From Myxococcota bacterium (GTDB lineage: Bacteria; Myxococcota_A; Polyangia; Polyangiales; Sandaracinaceae), in NCBI GenBank assembly GCA_036149055.1, contig JAYZQJ010000194.1:1-56201 (forward strand): a DNA stretch of 56,201 nucleotides, given 5' to 3'. Shown in pieces: positions 1-8,777 of the stretch. Within the stretch, counting starts at the first letter, position 1; every line of letters begins with the position of its first letter. Position numbers and translations under genes: made by a program. The notes beneath the pieces are model-generated. The model worked only from the letters and a program-made list of their open reading frames with translations, had not been told where the DNA came from and searched no databases.

Positions 1-115
1 GCTGGGGTCGCGGGGCCAGCGCGCGAAGCGCGCGAGGCCCCGACGGAGTCGGGAGGGGGGCCCCATGGGCGCTTCGCCCCATGGGGGGAGGGTTTGCACC
101 AAACCCTCCAAAAAG
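1..115 (+). repeat. Structured intergenic repeat, copy A (3' part, truncated by window start)
   Basis: Aligns with 56144-56201 and with the reverse complement of 46441-46610. Hairpins: ggggcc-a-gcgcgc-GAA-gcgcgc-ga-ggcccc, ccccatggg...cccatgggg, ggagggtttg-cac-caaaccctcc. Confidence 0.85.
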
Positions 116-116
116 C

Positions 117-911
117 TCAGGCGTCTCCCATTCGCGCGAGCACCCGCGCGACGGCCGGGCGGCTCGTGGCGAGGCGCGCCAGGCGAGGACGCGTGGGCTC
201 GAAGGCGGCCCGCAGCTCTTCTTGGCGCGCTCGACCCTCGGCCATCCGCGCCTCGACGCCGCCGGGGAACATGATCTCTCGGATCGCGGGCGCGATCGCC
301 GCGACCTCGGCGCGGAGCGCGTCGAAGTCGACGGGGGTGTCATCGTAGGCGGCGTCGACCAGCACCTCGGCCCACCCCTCGAGCACGTCGCGAGCCGGCC
401 CGTCGGCGCGCTCGATCAGCTCCAGGAAGAACGGCCACGCCACGGAGGTCACGGGATAGAGCGTGGTCTGATGTGCGATCCACTCGCCCACGAGCTCGGC
501 GCTCTCGGTCGCGAGCGTCTCGTCACGGGCGGCCACACGCGCCAGCAGGAGGCCGACCTCGCTCGCGGGCCCGAACGCGCCGTCGTATTCCCACCAGCGC
601 ACCTTCGAGAGCCCCTCGATTTCGAACCTCCGCTCGGGCTCCGGCGCGGGCTCCGGGAGCTCCATCTCCAGGAGCGACGCGTCGGCGCGGACCTCGATCT
701 CGGGGATGTCGTCCATCGTCAGCGGTCCGCGTGGCGCCGGCCCGAAGCGTGACAGCCCCATCAGCTCGCGCCCGAAGGCTCGCCCCCGAGCTTCGCGCAT
801 CGCCAGGGCCAGCGCCGCGGCCCGGTCGTCGGCCGCGAGCTCGATCGGCTCGTGCATGAACGCGCCATCGGGGAGCTGAAAGACGAGGGTAGCAGCGTAC
901 CGGTCCGTCAT
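117..911 (-). CDS. Hypothetical protein; DUF4288-like N-terminus plus HEAT-like helical domain
   Basis: Likely start MTDRYAATLVFQ at 911, because the upstream extension is antisense to the lipoprotein gene. C-terminal W...GAFGPASEV...HQTTLYPVT...PFFLEL pattern. Confidence 0.6.
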   Translation of the reverse strand: MTDRYAATLVFQLPDGAFMHEPIELAADDRAAALALAMREARGRAFGRELMGLSRFGPAPRGPLTMDDIPEIEVRADASLLEMELPEPAPEPERRFEIEGLSKVRWWEYDGAFGPASEVGLLLARVAARDETLATESAELVGEWIAHQTTLYPVTSVAWPFFLELIERADGPARDVLEGWAEVLVDAAYDDTPVDFDALRAEVAAIAPAIREIMFPGGVEARMAEGRARQEELRAAFEPTRPRLARLATSRPAVARVLARMGDA

Positions 912-1080
912 GCGCAGGGAGGCTATCACGCGACAGTGCCGAATCGGCGAGCGCGCGGGGACGCTCGTCGTCATATCGTCATTCGCCGTCGACTCGACCC
1001 GCCTCCCGCACCGCCGTCGCGATGGCTGTCGGTGGACAGCTGGAGGGACCGCCCGGTACGTTGCGTGCGGAGGAGGTCTG

Positions 1081-3258
1081 ATGTCGCAGCGTCGATTCCG
1101 GTGGGTCCTGGCCGTCGCGCTCTTCGTGGCACCCGGGTGCGACGGAGACGTGGCAGACCCCGAGGACGCGAGCGCGCCCGACGCCGCCCTCGTGTGCACG
1201 CCCGGCGCGGCGACCTGCGATGGCGTCGCGGTCCGGCGGGTGTGTCGCGACGACGGCGCGGGGTTCGAGCTCGCAGCGTGCGCCCGCGAGGAGTCGTGTG
1301 ACGACGGCGCGTGCGTCGGGTGGAGCTGCACGCCCGGCGAGCTCAGCTGCGACGACGCCGACACCCGCTCGGTCTGCCGCGCCGATGGCCTCGGCATCGA
1401 GACGACGGACTGCGGCACCGAGGAGACCTGCGTCGGCGGAGCGTGCGTCCCGCGCTCGTGCGCGCCCGGCGAGGCGAGCTGCACGGCGATCGACCAGCGC
1501 GCGGTCTGCGGGGACGACGGAACCGGCTGGCGCGTCGAGTCGTGCCCCAGCGGCGAGTCGTGTCGCGAGGGGAGCTGCCAGGCCCGGGTGTGCGAGCCCG
1601 GCGCCGTCGAGTGCGTCGACACCGGGGCGGACACAGGAGCTCGGCGCGTGTGCGCCGCGGACGGCCTCGAGTGGACGACGACCGACTGCAGCTCCGAGGA
1701 GACCTGCGTCGCCGGCGCCTGCGTCCCGCATGCGTGCGCGCCCGGTGAGGCGACCTGCGGAGGCGCGGGCACCCGGATCGTCTGCCACGACGACGGGCTG
1801 AGCTGGCGCACCGAGGCCTGCGCCGCGGGCGAGTCGTGCAGCGGCGGCGCGTGCGTCGCGCACGCTTGCGCCCCGGGCGCGGCCGAGTGCGTCGACGCCG
1901 CGACCCGCCGCCTCTGTCAGGCCGACGGCCTCGGCTGGAGCGCCACCGCGTGCGGCGCGGACGAGACCTGCCGCAGCGGCGCGTGCGTGCCCCATCGCTG
2001 CGCGCCGGGCAGCACCACCTGCGGCGGCAGCGACGCCCTGCTCACGTGCGACGCCGACGGCCTCGGCTGGACGAGCGCGCCTTGCCCCGCCGGGGAGTCG
2101 TGCGACGCGGGCGCCTGCACGCCGCACGTCTGCGCACCCGGCACGGTGGAGTGCGCGTCCTCGACCGAGCGACGCGTGTGCGAGGCCGACGGGCTCGGCT
2201 GGTCGTCGGCCACCTGCAGCGCGACCGAGACCTGCCTCGCCGGCGCCTGCGTGCCGCACACCTGCGCGCCGGGATCGACGATGTGCGGCGGCACCGGGTT
2301 CACGCTGACCTGCCAGGCGGACGGGCTCGGTTGGGTGGCCGCGGCCTGCGCCGCCGACGCGTCGTGCTCCGGCGGCGGCTGCGTCCCCCACGTCTGCACG
2401 CCCGGGGCGGTGGATTGCAGCGACGGCGCGACCCGCCGCGTCTGCGACGCCGACGGCCTCGGCTCGACGCTCACGCCGTGCTCCAGCATGTCGAGCTGCA
2501 CCGCCGGCGCGTGCGTCCCCTGGCTCTGCAGCCCGAGCGCCGTGACCTGCGCCGATCGAAGCGCGACGCGGACCTGCGATCCCGACGGCCTCGGCTACGC
2601 GGACGCGGCGTGCCCCGCCGGCGAGACCTGCGACGGCGGCGTGTGCGCACCGCGGTTCGCCATCCGGCGCGTCGCCGTGAGCGGAGACAACCTCCGCACG
2701 GTCGATCCGGTGAGCTACTCCCCCACCTTCACCCTCGAGCTGTGGGCGAGGATCGACACCGTCCGCCACTCCGACCCCGCGCAGAAGCTCGCCGACGCGT
2801 GCTCGGCCGGGCACCGCTGCGTCTTCATCGAGCTCTACCGCGGCAATATCCAATGCACCGTGGGCAACGGCGGCGGCTTCCAGCGCTTCGGCGCGCCGAT
2901 GTCCGCGCTCACCTCGGGCGTGTGGCACCACTACTCCTGCGGCTACGACGGCACGACCCTGCGCTTCTACATCGACGGCGTGCTCGTCGACGAAGGCGCC
3001 GCCACCTACGTTCCCCCGGTGGACGGAACCCCGTTCTACGTCGCCGGCGACCAGTTCCTCGGCGCGGTGGACGAGGTGCACCTGATGAACGCCGCCGTCC
3101 GCGGCGGGCCCTTCACGCCCCTGGCAGAGTACGACCACCCGAGCGACGTCCTCCGCTTCCACATGAACGAGGGCGCCGGCATGGAGACCGTCGACGACGT
3201 GAGCGGCGTCCGCGCCGCGTGGAGCACGGCGGCCTACGAGTGGGAGACTCGCCCCTGA
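1081..3258 (+). CDS. Lipoprotein with 11 tandem ~44-aa six-Cys repeats and a C-terminal LamG/ConA-like domain
   Basis: GGAGGAGG RBS before ATG 1081; lipobox VAPGC; repeat CxPGxxxC...C.aDGlGW...C...E.C..G.C; LamG motifs FTLELWAR, WHHYSCGYDGTTLRFYIDG, FLGAVDEV. Confidence 0.85.
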   Translation: MSQRRFRWVLAVALFVAPGCDGDVADPEDASAPDAALVCTPGAATCDGVAVRRVCRDDGAGFELAACAREESCDDGACVGWSCTPGELSCDDADTRSVCRADGLGIETTDCGTEETCVGGACVPRSCAPGEASCTAIDQRAVCGDDGTGWRVESCPSGESCREGSCQARVCEPGAVECVDTGADTGARRVCAADGLEWTTTDCSSEETCVAGACVPHACAPGEATCGGAGTRIVCHDDGLSWRTEACAAGESCSGGACVAHACAPGAAECVDAATRRLCQADGLGWSATACGADETCRSGACVPHRCAPGSTTCGGSDALLTCDADGLGWTSAPCPAGESCDAGACTPHVCAPGTVECASSTERRVCEADGLGWSSATCSATETCLAGACVPHTCAPGSTMCGGTGFTLTCQADGLGWVAAACAADASCSGGGCVPHVCTPGAVDCSDGATRRVCDADGLGSTLTPCSSMSSCTAGACVPWLCSPSAVTCADRSATRTCDPDGLGYADAACPAGETCDGGVCAPRFAIRRVAVSGDNLRTVDPVSYSPTFTLELWARIDTVRHSDPAQKLADACSAGHRCVFIELYRGNIQCTVGNGGGFQRFGAPMSALTSGVWHHYSCGYDGTTLRFYIDGVLVDEGAATYVPPVDGTPFYVAGDQFLGAVDEVHLMNAAVRGGPFTPLAEYDHPSDVLRFHMNEGAGMETVDDVSGVRAAWSTAAYEWETRP

Positions 3259-3276
3259 GCCTGGCATGCTCCGGGC

Positions 3277-4446
3277 ATGAGACGCGCCATCGCTCTGAGC
3301 TTGCTCCTGGCTTCATGTGGGGAGCCCGCCGAACCCGTCGACTCCGGGGTCCCCGTCGCCGACGCCTCTCCCGACGCGGGCTCGATGGTGGGCGATTGCC
3401 CGAGCGGCGATGGCGCCTTCGCGGTCACGGAGGTCCGCGGGAGCATCGAGGATGGGGCGGAGATCGTGGTCTGCGGCGACCTCTTCGGGGCGCTGGGGCC
3501 GGAGATCCTCCTCTTCGACGACATGGAGGGCCGGGCGGCCGGCGGAGAGGTCGGCGCGACCGATCCGGTCATCGGCGCCTGGACGGATCCGGGCGGGCTC
3601 TACGCCGGCGACGCGTCGCGCTCGGGCGCGGGGGCGATGGTCGTGAACGACACCGAGGCCACCGGGGGGCGGGGCGTCAGCGCGGTGGTCGGGCTCCCGG
3701 ACGACGCCGGCCGCTTCGGGCTCCGGGAGTTCGACGAAATGTTCGTGCACGTGTCCATCCGGGACCTCGGCGACTTCCCGGGGAACGGCTCGAGCCCGAC
3801 GATGTTCTCCAGCGACTCGAGCGCCAAGGACGTCTGGGTGATGTTCGGCCCGCGCGGCGACAACTACGAGTACTCCTGCCGCACCGAGTGCAACGGGCAC
3901 GACATCGTGCTCGCGACTCACACCGGCGACGGCTCCTTCAAGACCGACGGGAACGAGACCCGCACCGGCTGGTGGCTGCCCGACTTCTGGGCGTTCGGCG
4001 CCTGGAACACGATGTCCACCTACCTCCGCGTCGACGCCGACCGCCCCTACGAGGCGAGCCGCGGCATCTTCGAGCACGTCGCGGCGGAGCGCGGCTACAC
4101 GCGCAGCGATTACGACGGACAGATCTACCGGGAGCTCGCCGGCCTCACGCCGGCCTGGGACCGCGTCAAGGTCGGCGCCTGGTACCGCGGCGCGGGCGAC
4201 GTGCGCCGGGTCATCGACGACCTCTACATCGCCATCGGCCCCGGCGCGGCGGCGCGCGTCGAGATCGCCGACGCCTCGCGCATCGAAGACGCGACCCGCG
4301 TGGCCGTCTCCACGGTGACCGACTGGTCGCCCTCCCGCATCGAGGCCACCGTCCGCCTCGGCGACCTCGACCCCGAGCGCCCGCTCTACCTCTTCGTCGT
4401 CACCGCCGACGCCGAGCGCAGCCCGGGCCTCCCGCTCGCCCGCTGA
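3277..4446 (+). CDS. Lipoprotein, putative beta-rich (jelly-roll/IPT-like) extracellular protein
   Basis: Lipobox LLASC, DSG/DAG linker, aromatic-rich beta domain; co-oriented 18 nt after the previous gene. Confidence 0.65.
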   Translation: MRRAIALSLLLASCGEPAEPVDSGVPVADASPDAGSMVGDCPSGDGAFAVTEVRGSIEDGAEIVVCGDLFGALGPEILLFDDMEGRAAGGEVGATDPVIGAWTDPGGLYAGDASRSGAGAMVVNDTEATGGRGVSAVVGLPDDAGRFGLREFDEMFVHVSIRDLGDFPGNGSSPTMFSSDSSAKDVWVMFGPRGDNYEYSCRTECNGHDIVLATHTGDGSFKTDGNETRTGWWLPDFWAFGAWNTMSTYLRVDADRPYEASRGIFEHVAAERGYTRSDYDGQIYRELAGLTPAWDRVKVGAWYRGAGDVRRVIDDLYIAIGPGAAARVEIADASRIEDATRVAVSTVTDWSPSRIEATVRLGDLDPERPLYLFVVTADAERSPGLPLAR

Positions 4447-4450
4447 CCGC

Positions 4451-5122
4451 TCACGCCTCGGCGAGCATGCCGGCGGCGAGCAGCACGAAGACCCGGCGCA
4501 GCTCGGGCTCGAAGTCGTGGGTGAAGGGCGCGAGCTCCGGGTCGCGCATCGCCTCGCGCGTGACCTCCGAGGGGTTCGCGAGCGGCCAGCCGCCGACGAT
4601 GAACGCGAACGCGTGGTGCAGCAGCTCGCCGTGCCGCGCCGAGGGCAGCTCGGGCACGACGCCGTGCAGGGTCTCCGCCAGCGCGCCGATGAGCGCCAGG
4701 CTCGACCGCTTGTACTGGCGCACCGAGTCCACCGACACGTTGTGCTCGAGCACCGCCGGCAGGACGCTCATCAGGTGGCACATGACCGGCCGGGCGGCCG
4801 CGGTCCGCGAGAGCACCTCGGCCGCGCGCTCGAGCCGCGCCCGGGCCTCGCCGTCCGCGTCGAGGGCGCCGATCTCCCGCGTCGCCGCGCGGACCCAGCG
4901 CTCGGTGCGGTCGGCGAGCAGCGCGAGCAGCACCGCCTCGCGGCTCTCGAAGTACCGGTAGACGTTGGACTTCGCCATGCCCGCTCGCCTCGCCAGCTCG
5001 TTGAGGCTCAGCGACGTCACGTCGTGCCCCTCGCCCAGCATCGCCTCGGCCGCGGCCAGGATCTGCTCGGTCCGCTCGGCCTTCTGCGCCGGGCTGCGGG
5101 CGCGCTGGTAGCCGGTGGCCAT
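4451..5122 (-). CDS. TetR/AcrR family transcriptional regulator
   Basis: HTH ILAAAEAML...SLNELARRAGMAKSNVYRYFESREAVL; divergent from an SDR gene. Confidence 0.92.
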   Translation of the reverse strand: MATGYQRARSPAQKAERTEQILAAAEAMLGEGHDVTSLSLNELARRAGMAKSNVYRYFESREAVLLALLADRTERWVRAATREIGALDADGEARARLERAAEVLSRTAAARPVMCHLMSVLPAVLEHNVSVDSVRQYKRSSLALIGALAETLHGVVPELPSARHGELLHHAFAFIVGGWPLANPSEVTREAMRDPELAPFTHDFEPELRRVFVLLAAGMLAEA

Positions 5123-5151
5123 GTCCCTCTACATGACAGGCAGGGCGCGGG

Positions 5152-5196
5152 TTGACAAGAGACCAGCGGTCTCCTAAATAAGAGACCGGCGGTCAC
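5152..5196 (+). promoter_or_regulatory. Sigma70 promoter overlapped by two palindromic operators (probable TetR sites)
   Basis: TTGACA 5152-5157, 17 bp, TAAATA 5175-5180; GAGACC-N3-GGTCTC 5159-5173 and GAGACC-N3-GGTCAC 5182-5196. Confidence 0.8.
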
Positions 5197-5235
5197 CAAA
5201 AGCTCGCGCCGCCAGACCCCCAGCCGGAGACGACC

Positions 5236-6228
5236 ATGGCCAAACCGCATGTCTGCGACCCCTCCCTCTTCGAGATCGACCTGTCGGACCGCCGCTACGT
5301 GGTGACCGGCGCCAACAGCGGCATCGGCCTCATCACCGCCCGGCAGCTCGCGAGCCAGGGCGCGGCGGTCACCCTCGCGTGCCGCCGCGTGTCCGAGGCG
5401 GAGGCGCGCATCGCCGAGCTCAAGGCCGAGCTGCCCGACGCCTCGCTCGAGGCGCGCACGCTCGACCTCGGCTCGATCGCGTCGGTCGACGCCTTCGCCG
5501 ACGGGTTCCTCGCCGACCACGATCGGCTCGACGGCCTCATCAACAACGCCGGCGTGATGAACACCCCGGAGGGCAAGACGGTCGACGGCTTCGAGACGCA
5601 GCTCGGCGTGAACCACGTCGGTCACTTCGCGCTCACCGAGCGGCTGCTCGGCGTCCTGAAGGACTCCGCGCCCTCGCGCATCGTCAACGTGTCGAGCTGC
5701 TTTCACGACAAGGCCATGGGGCGCGAGGGCGACATCCACCTCGACGACCTGCACTTCGAGCGGCGTCGCTACGACGGCTGGGAGGCCTACGCGCAGTCCA
5801 AGCTCGCCAACCTGCTGCACGCGAAGGGCCTCGCGAAGCGGCTCGAGGGGACGGGCGTCACCGCGGTGAGCGTGCACCCCGGCTGGGTGCGCACCAACCT
5901 CGCCCGCAACTCGATGCCGCTCTGGGTCCAGAACTACGTGCTGCGGCCGGTGCTCCGCCTGAGCGGCATGATCGAGCCCTGGGAGGGCGCGCAGTCGACG
6001 CTCTTCGCGACCCTCGACCCCTCGGTGCCCGAGCACGCCGGCGCGTACTACAGCCAGCTCGGCGTGTACCGCGACAAGTCGGCCAACCGTGGCGGGTGGC
6101 CGATGACCTCCCCGAACCCGAGGGCGAACGACGACGCGCTGGTCGACCAGCTCTGGGAGGCGACCGAGCGCATGGTCGCCGACGCGCGGAGCGCACGCAG
6201 CGCGGCTGGCGCGACCGCGGTGGCCTGA
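5236..6228 (+). CDS. SDR family oxidoreductase (retinol dehydrogenase/WWOX-like)
   Basis: TGANSGIG, NNAG, YAQSKLAN and HPGWVRT motifs. Confidence 0.93.
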   Translation: MAKPHVCDPSLFEIDLSDRRYVVTGANSGIGLITARQLASQGAAVTLACRRVSEAEARIAELKAELPDASLEARTLDLGSIASVDAFADGFLADHDRLDGLINNAGVMNTPEGKTVDGFETQLGVNHVGHFALTERLLGVLKDSAPSRIVNVSSCFHDKAMGREGDIHLDDLHFERRRYDGWEAYAQSKLANLLHAKGLAKRLEGTGVTAVSVHPGWVRTNLARNSMPLWVQNYVLRPVLRLSGMIEPWEGAQSTLFATLDPSVPEHAGAYYSQLGVYRDKSANRGGWPMTSPNPRANDDALVDQLWEATERMVADARSARSAAGATAVA

Positions 6229-6272
6229 GGCCGGCGATTGACGTCGAATCGAGGCGCCCGCACGCTGGCCGC

Positions 6273-6629
6273 ATGGACACGCCTCCCTGGGTCATCGTCG
6301 CCGACGCGGCTCACGCGCGGCGCGTGGAGGACGCCGCGGGCGACCTGGCGGAGGGCCTGCACATCCAGGCGCCGGTCGCCCGCGCCGCGCCGTCGCCGCT
6401 CGTCGCCCGCGCGCTGCACGACCACGAGCTCGACGAGGGCTCGGTCGAGGCGGCGGTCGGCAGGGAGCTGCTCGAGGCCATCGGCGACGGCGCCATCCGG
6501 ATTGCGTACGTGCACGCGAGCCCGCTCGACCCTCGGCTCGCGCGCCTGTGCGCGTCCCGAGACGCGCGCCTCCTCGCGCTGGAAGACGAGGCGCTCGGCG
6601 AGCGCCTGGCGGCGCTGCTGGACGACTGA
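6273..6629 (+). CDS. Hypothetical protein (N-terminus weakly like host-attachment/baeRF proteins)
   Basis: High-GC3 frame starting MDTPPWVIVADAAHARR. Confidence 0.55.
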   Translation: MDTPPWVIVADAAHARRVEDAAGDLAEGLHIQAPVARAAPSPLVARALHDHELDEGSVEAAVGRELLEAIGDGAIRIAYVHASPLDPRLARLCASRDARLLALEDEALGERLAALLDD

Positions 6630-6708
6630 AGCGCCGCCCGCCGGAGCCGCGCGGAGGGGGCGTTCGACGCCGCGGCGCGTAGCATGGGCGACTGGAGGTG
6701 GAGAGCGA

Positions 6709-7551
6709 ATGTCGAGAGCATGGCGTGCAGCCCTGACGGGGGCGTCGATCCTCATCGTCGCGAGCTGGGCGGGTGAGCTGCGCGCGCAGCGACCCGCGAG
6801 CTGCGGGCAGCGGGTGACCGAGCTCCGGCGCGAGCTGGGGGCGAGCGGGGAGGGCGCCGATGTCTCCATCCTGACCGAGCAGCTCCCCGAGGCTGCCGGC
6901 GGCGCGGTCATCCGCGAGCGCGCCCCCGTCGCGAACATCCGGCTCGCCTTCCCGGTCGTGCTCGACCTCGAGAACCTGGGCGTGCAGGGCCCCGACGCCG
7001 GCGACGTGCTCGCGAGGCGCGTCCGCCGCGGCCGCCCGCTCTACCTCGCCGTCGACCCGCGCTACTCGGCCCGCAGCCTCGTCGCCCTCCTGCGCCCCCT
7101 GGCCGGCCGCGTCTCGGAGCTCCGCCTGGTGGTGACGGAGGGCGGCACCGTCAACCGCGACCCGGAGCGCATCCGTCGCACCGTCGCGGAGCTCAACGCG
7201 GCGATGGGCGGCTGCGCGCAGGCCCGCCAGGCCTTCGCCCGCGCCGCCACCGTCCCCGCGCCGTCCCGACCCGACATGCTGCGCCGCCGCCTCCCGGCCG
7301 CGGTCCAGCAGTGCCGCTGCGAGGGCGTCGACGTCGAGCGCCTCGCGAGTCTGGTCCGCGAGCTCTTCGACGAGGGCCCCGACTACCGCTACTTCCGCAT
7401 CGCCCTGGGCGACGCCGGCGACGAGGGCGTCCGGCCGATCGACGCCACGACGAGCACCGCCGACCTCGCCCGAATGGCCGCCGCCGCGCCCGGCGAGGTC
7501 CTCCGCGTGGCGCTGCCGTCGGAGAGCGATGCGAGCCGGCGCGCGCCGTAG
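6709..7551 (+). CDS. Secreted hypothetical protein
   Basis: GGAGG upstream; signal-like MSRAWRAALTGASILIVASWAGELRA; Cys motifs including CRC. Confidence 0.65.
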   Translation: MSRAWRAALTGASILIVASWAGELRAQRPASCGQRVTELRRELGASGEGADVSILTEQLPEAAGGAVIRERAPVANIRLAFPVVLDLENLGVQGPDAGDVLARRVRRGRPLYLAVDPRYSARSLVALLRPLAGRVSELRLVVTEGGTVNRDPERIRRTVAELNAAMGGCAQARQAFARAATVPAPSRPDMLRRRLPAAVQQCRCEGVDVERLASLVRELFDEGPDYRYFRIALGDAGDEGVRPIDATTSTADLARMAAAAPGEVLRVALPSESDASRRAP

Positions 7552-7587
7552 TTGTTCGCGCGCCCGTCACCGGCACCGCTGCGACGG

Positions 7588-7772
7588 AAACAGCACCGAG
7601 TAGTCCGGGAAACGGAGCTGCGGCTCGGAAACACCAATAGTTAGTGTTCGCGACCCAGCCCTCCGTTTTAAAGACTAATACTTTGACATTCTGGCGAAGT
7701 CTCCGTTTTAAAGACTAATACTTTGACATTCTGGCGAAGGTTTCCCTCGCAAACACTAATAGTTAGTGTTCG
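7588..7772. repeat. Phased AT-rich motif array (period 40-41 bp) containing an exact 39-bp tandem duplication
   Basis: Motif starts at 7629, 7670, 7710 and 7751 (degenerate copy at 7588); 7661-7699 equals 7701-7739; palindrome AACACTAA-TAG-TTAGTGTT at 7752-7770. Confidence 0.85.
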
Positions 7773-7927
7773 AAACCGGCCGGCGCGTTTTCTCGAGGAC
7801 ACCTCGACGTTCGAAACGCGCGCTCTCGCCGCCGAGCGACACCCCGGGGTGCTGGCGCCAGCAGGCGCTGGGTCCAGAGGGGCTCGCCAGAGCTCCTCTG
7901 AACTGCGGGTCGGTGGAGGTACGCTCT

Positions 7928-8524
7928 CTGGAACTCGTTTTGAGCAGCTTCGAACAACAAACAGAGATCATCTCGCGCTCCTCTCGCGCGGGGATGCTAG
8001 CGCTGGCTTCCGTGTCTGGTGAGCGGGTCATCAGTATCTACGAGAACTTCTGGGTCGGGGAGCACACGGAAGCCGCGCAGGTGGCGATAGAGCTGGGTTG
8101 GAGAACGGCCTGTGAGGGTGAGGGAATTCCTCCTGCCGATGCAGAGTCGCTGACCCGTGAGCTGAGAGAATCGGTCGAGCTCTACAATGAGGAGGGCATC
8201 GGGATCCTCGCCGCAGCGGTGACGGTGGCCCTCCGTGTTGCGCAGGTTCTCGCCGCTGAATCGGATCCCGACGCGGCCGTGGCGGCATCCCGGGCCAGCA
8301 GTTCTGCTGTGCACGCGGCGGTGCTGGCGGATGGTTTCATCGCAGGCCTCGACCCGCGCCGCCCGAGGCCCGGAATCGCGGAGCTCGAAGAGCGCGCGTT
8401 TCAGACTTCCGCCATCGAACGTATCGCCGGTCGTTCTTCGGTGGCGCGGGACATGTTCTCCGACCTCGGCCCTACGCCTCCGAAGTGGTTTGCGGCCTAC
8501 CTGGCTGCCTCCGACCACATCTGA
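7928..8524 (+). CDS. DUF416/YjaG-like helical protein, possible orphan immunity protein
   Basis: LALASVSGERVISIYENF...AIELGW pattern; GGAGG at 7915-7919; atypical codon usage; start codon uncertain. Confidence 0.5.
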   Translation: MELVLSSFEQQTEIISRSSRAGMLALASVSGERVISIYENFWVGEHTEAAQVAIELGWRTACEGEGIPPADAESLTRELRESVELYNEEGIGILAAAVTVALRVAQVLAAESDPDAAVAASRASSSAVHAAVLADGFIAGLDPRRPRPGIAELEERAFQTSAIERIAGRSSVARDMFSDLGPTPPKWFAAYLAASDHI

Positions 8525-8777
8525 GCTTTGCACCAGTGGGAGCGAGGTTGCAGCCGCTCGGTCTCTCGCTCCAGTCCTGCAGATCTCGCATCGAGCTCCC
8601 GTGCGTTGTCGTGAGCGACGCGTTCGTGCCCGTCGCGGACGTTGCGCTCATGTCGGGGCTCCCAGATCGAATCGAGAGGCGCGTCACGCGCCGCGGTCGT
8701 CCCCGTCGAGCTCGACATCGTCGAGCTGCGAGCCGCGGCCGAGCTCGAGGTCTCCGAGGCCGCGTAGCGCGCCCTCC

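Noticed and set aside
7588..7772. CRISPR array
   Set aside because: Inter-repeat segments are only about 19 bp and partly identical, the repeats are degenerate, and no cas genes are in the window.
8685..8767. Possible 3' gene remnant (...VVPVELDIVELRAAAELEVSEAA*)
   Set aside because: Coding-like codon pattern but too short and without a start; cannot be supported as a pseudogene.
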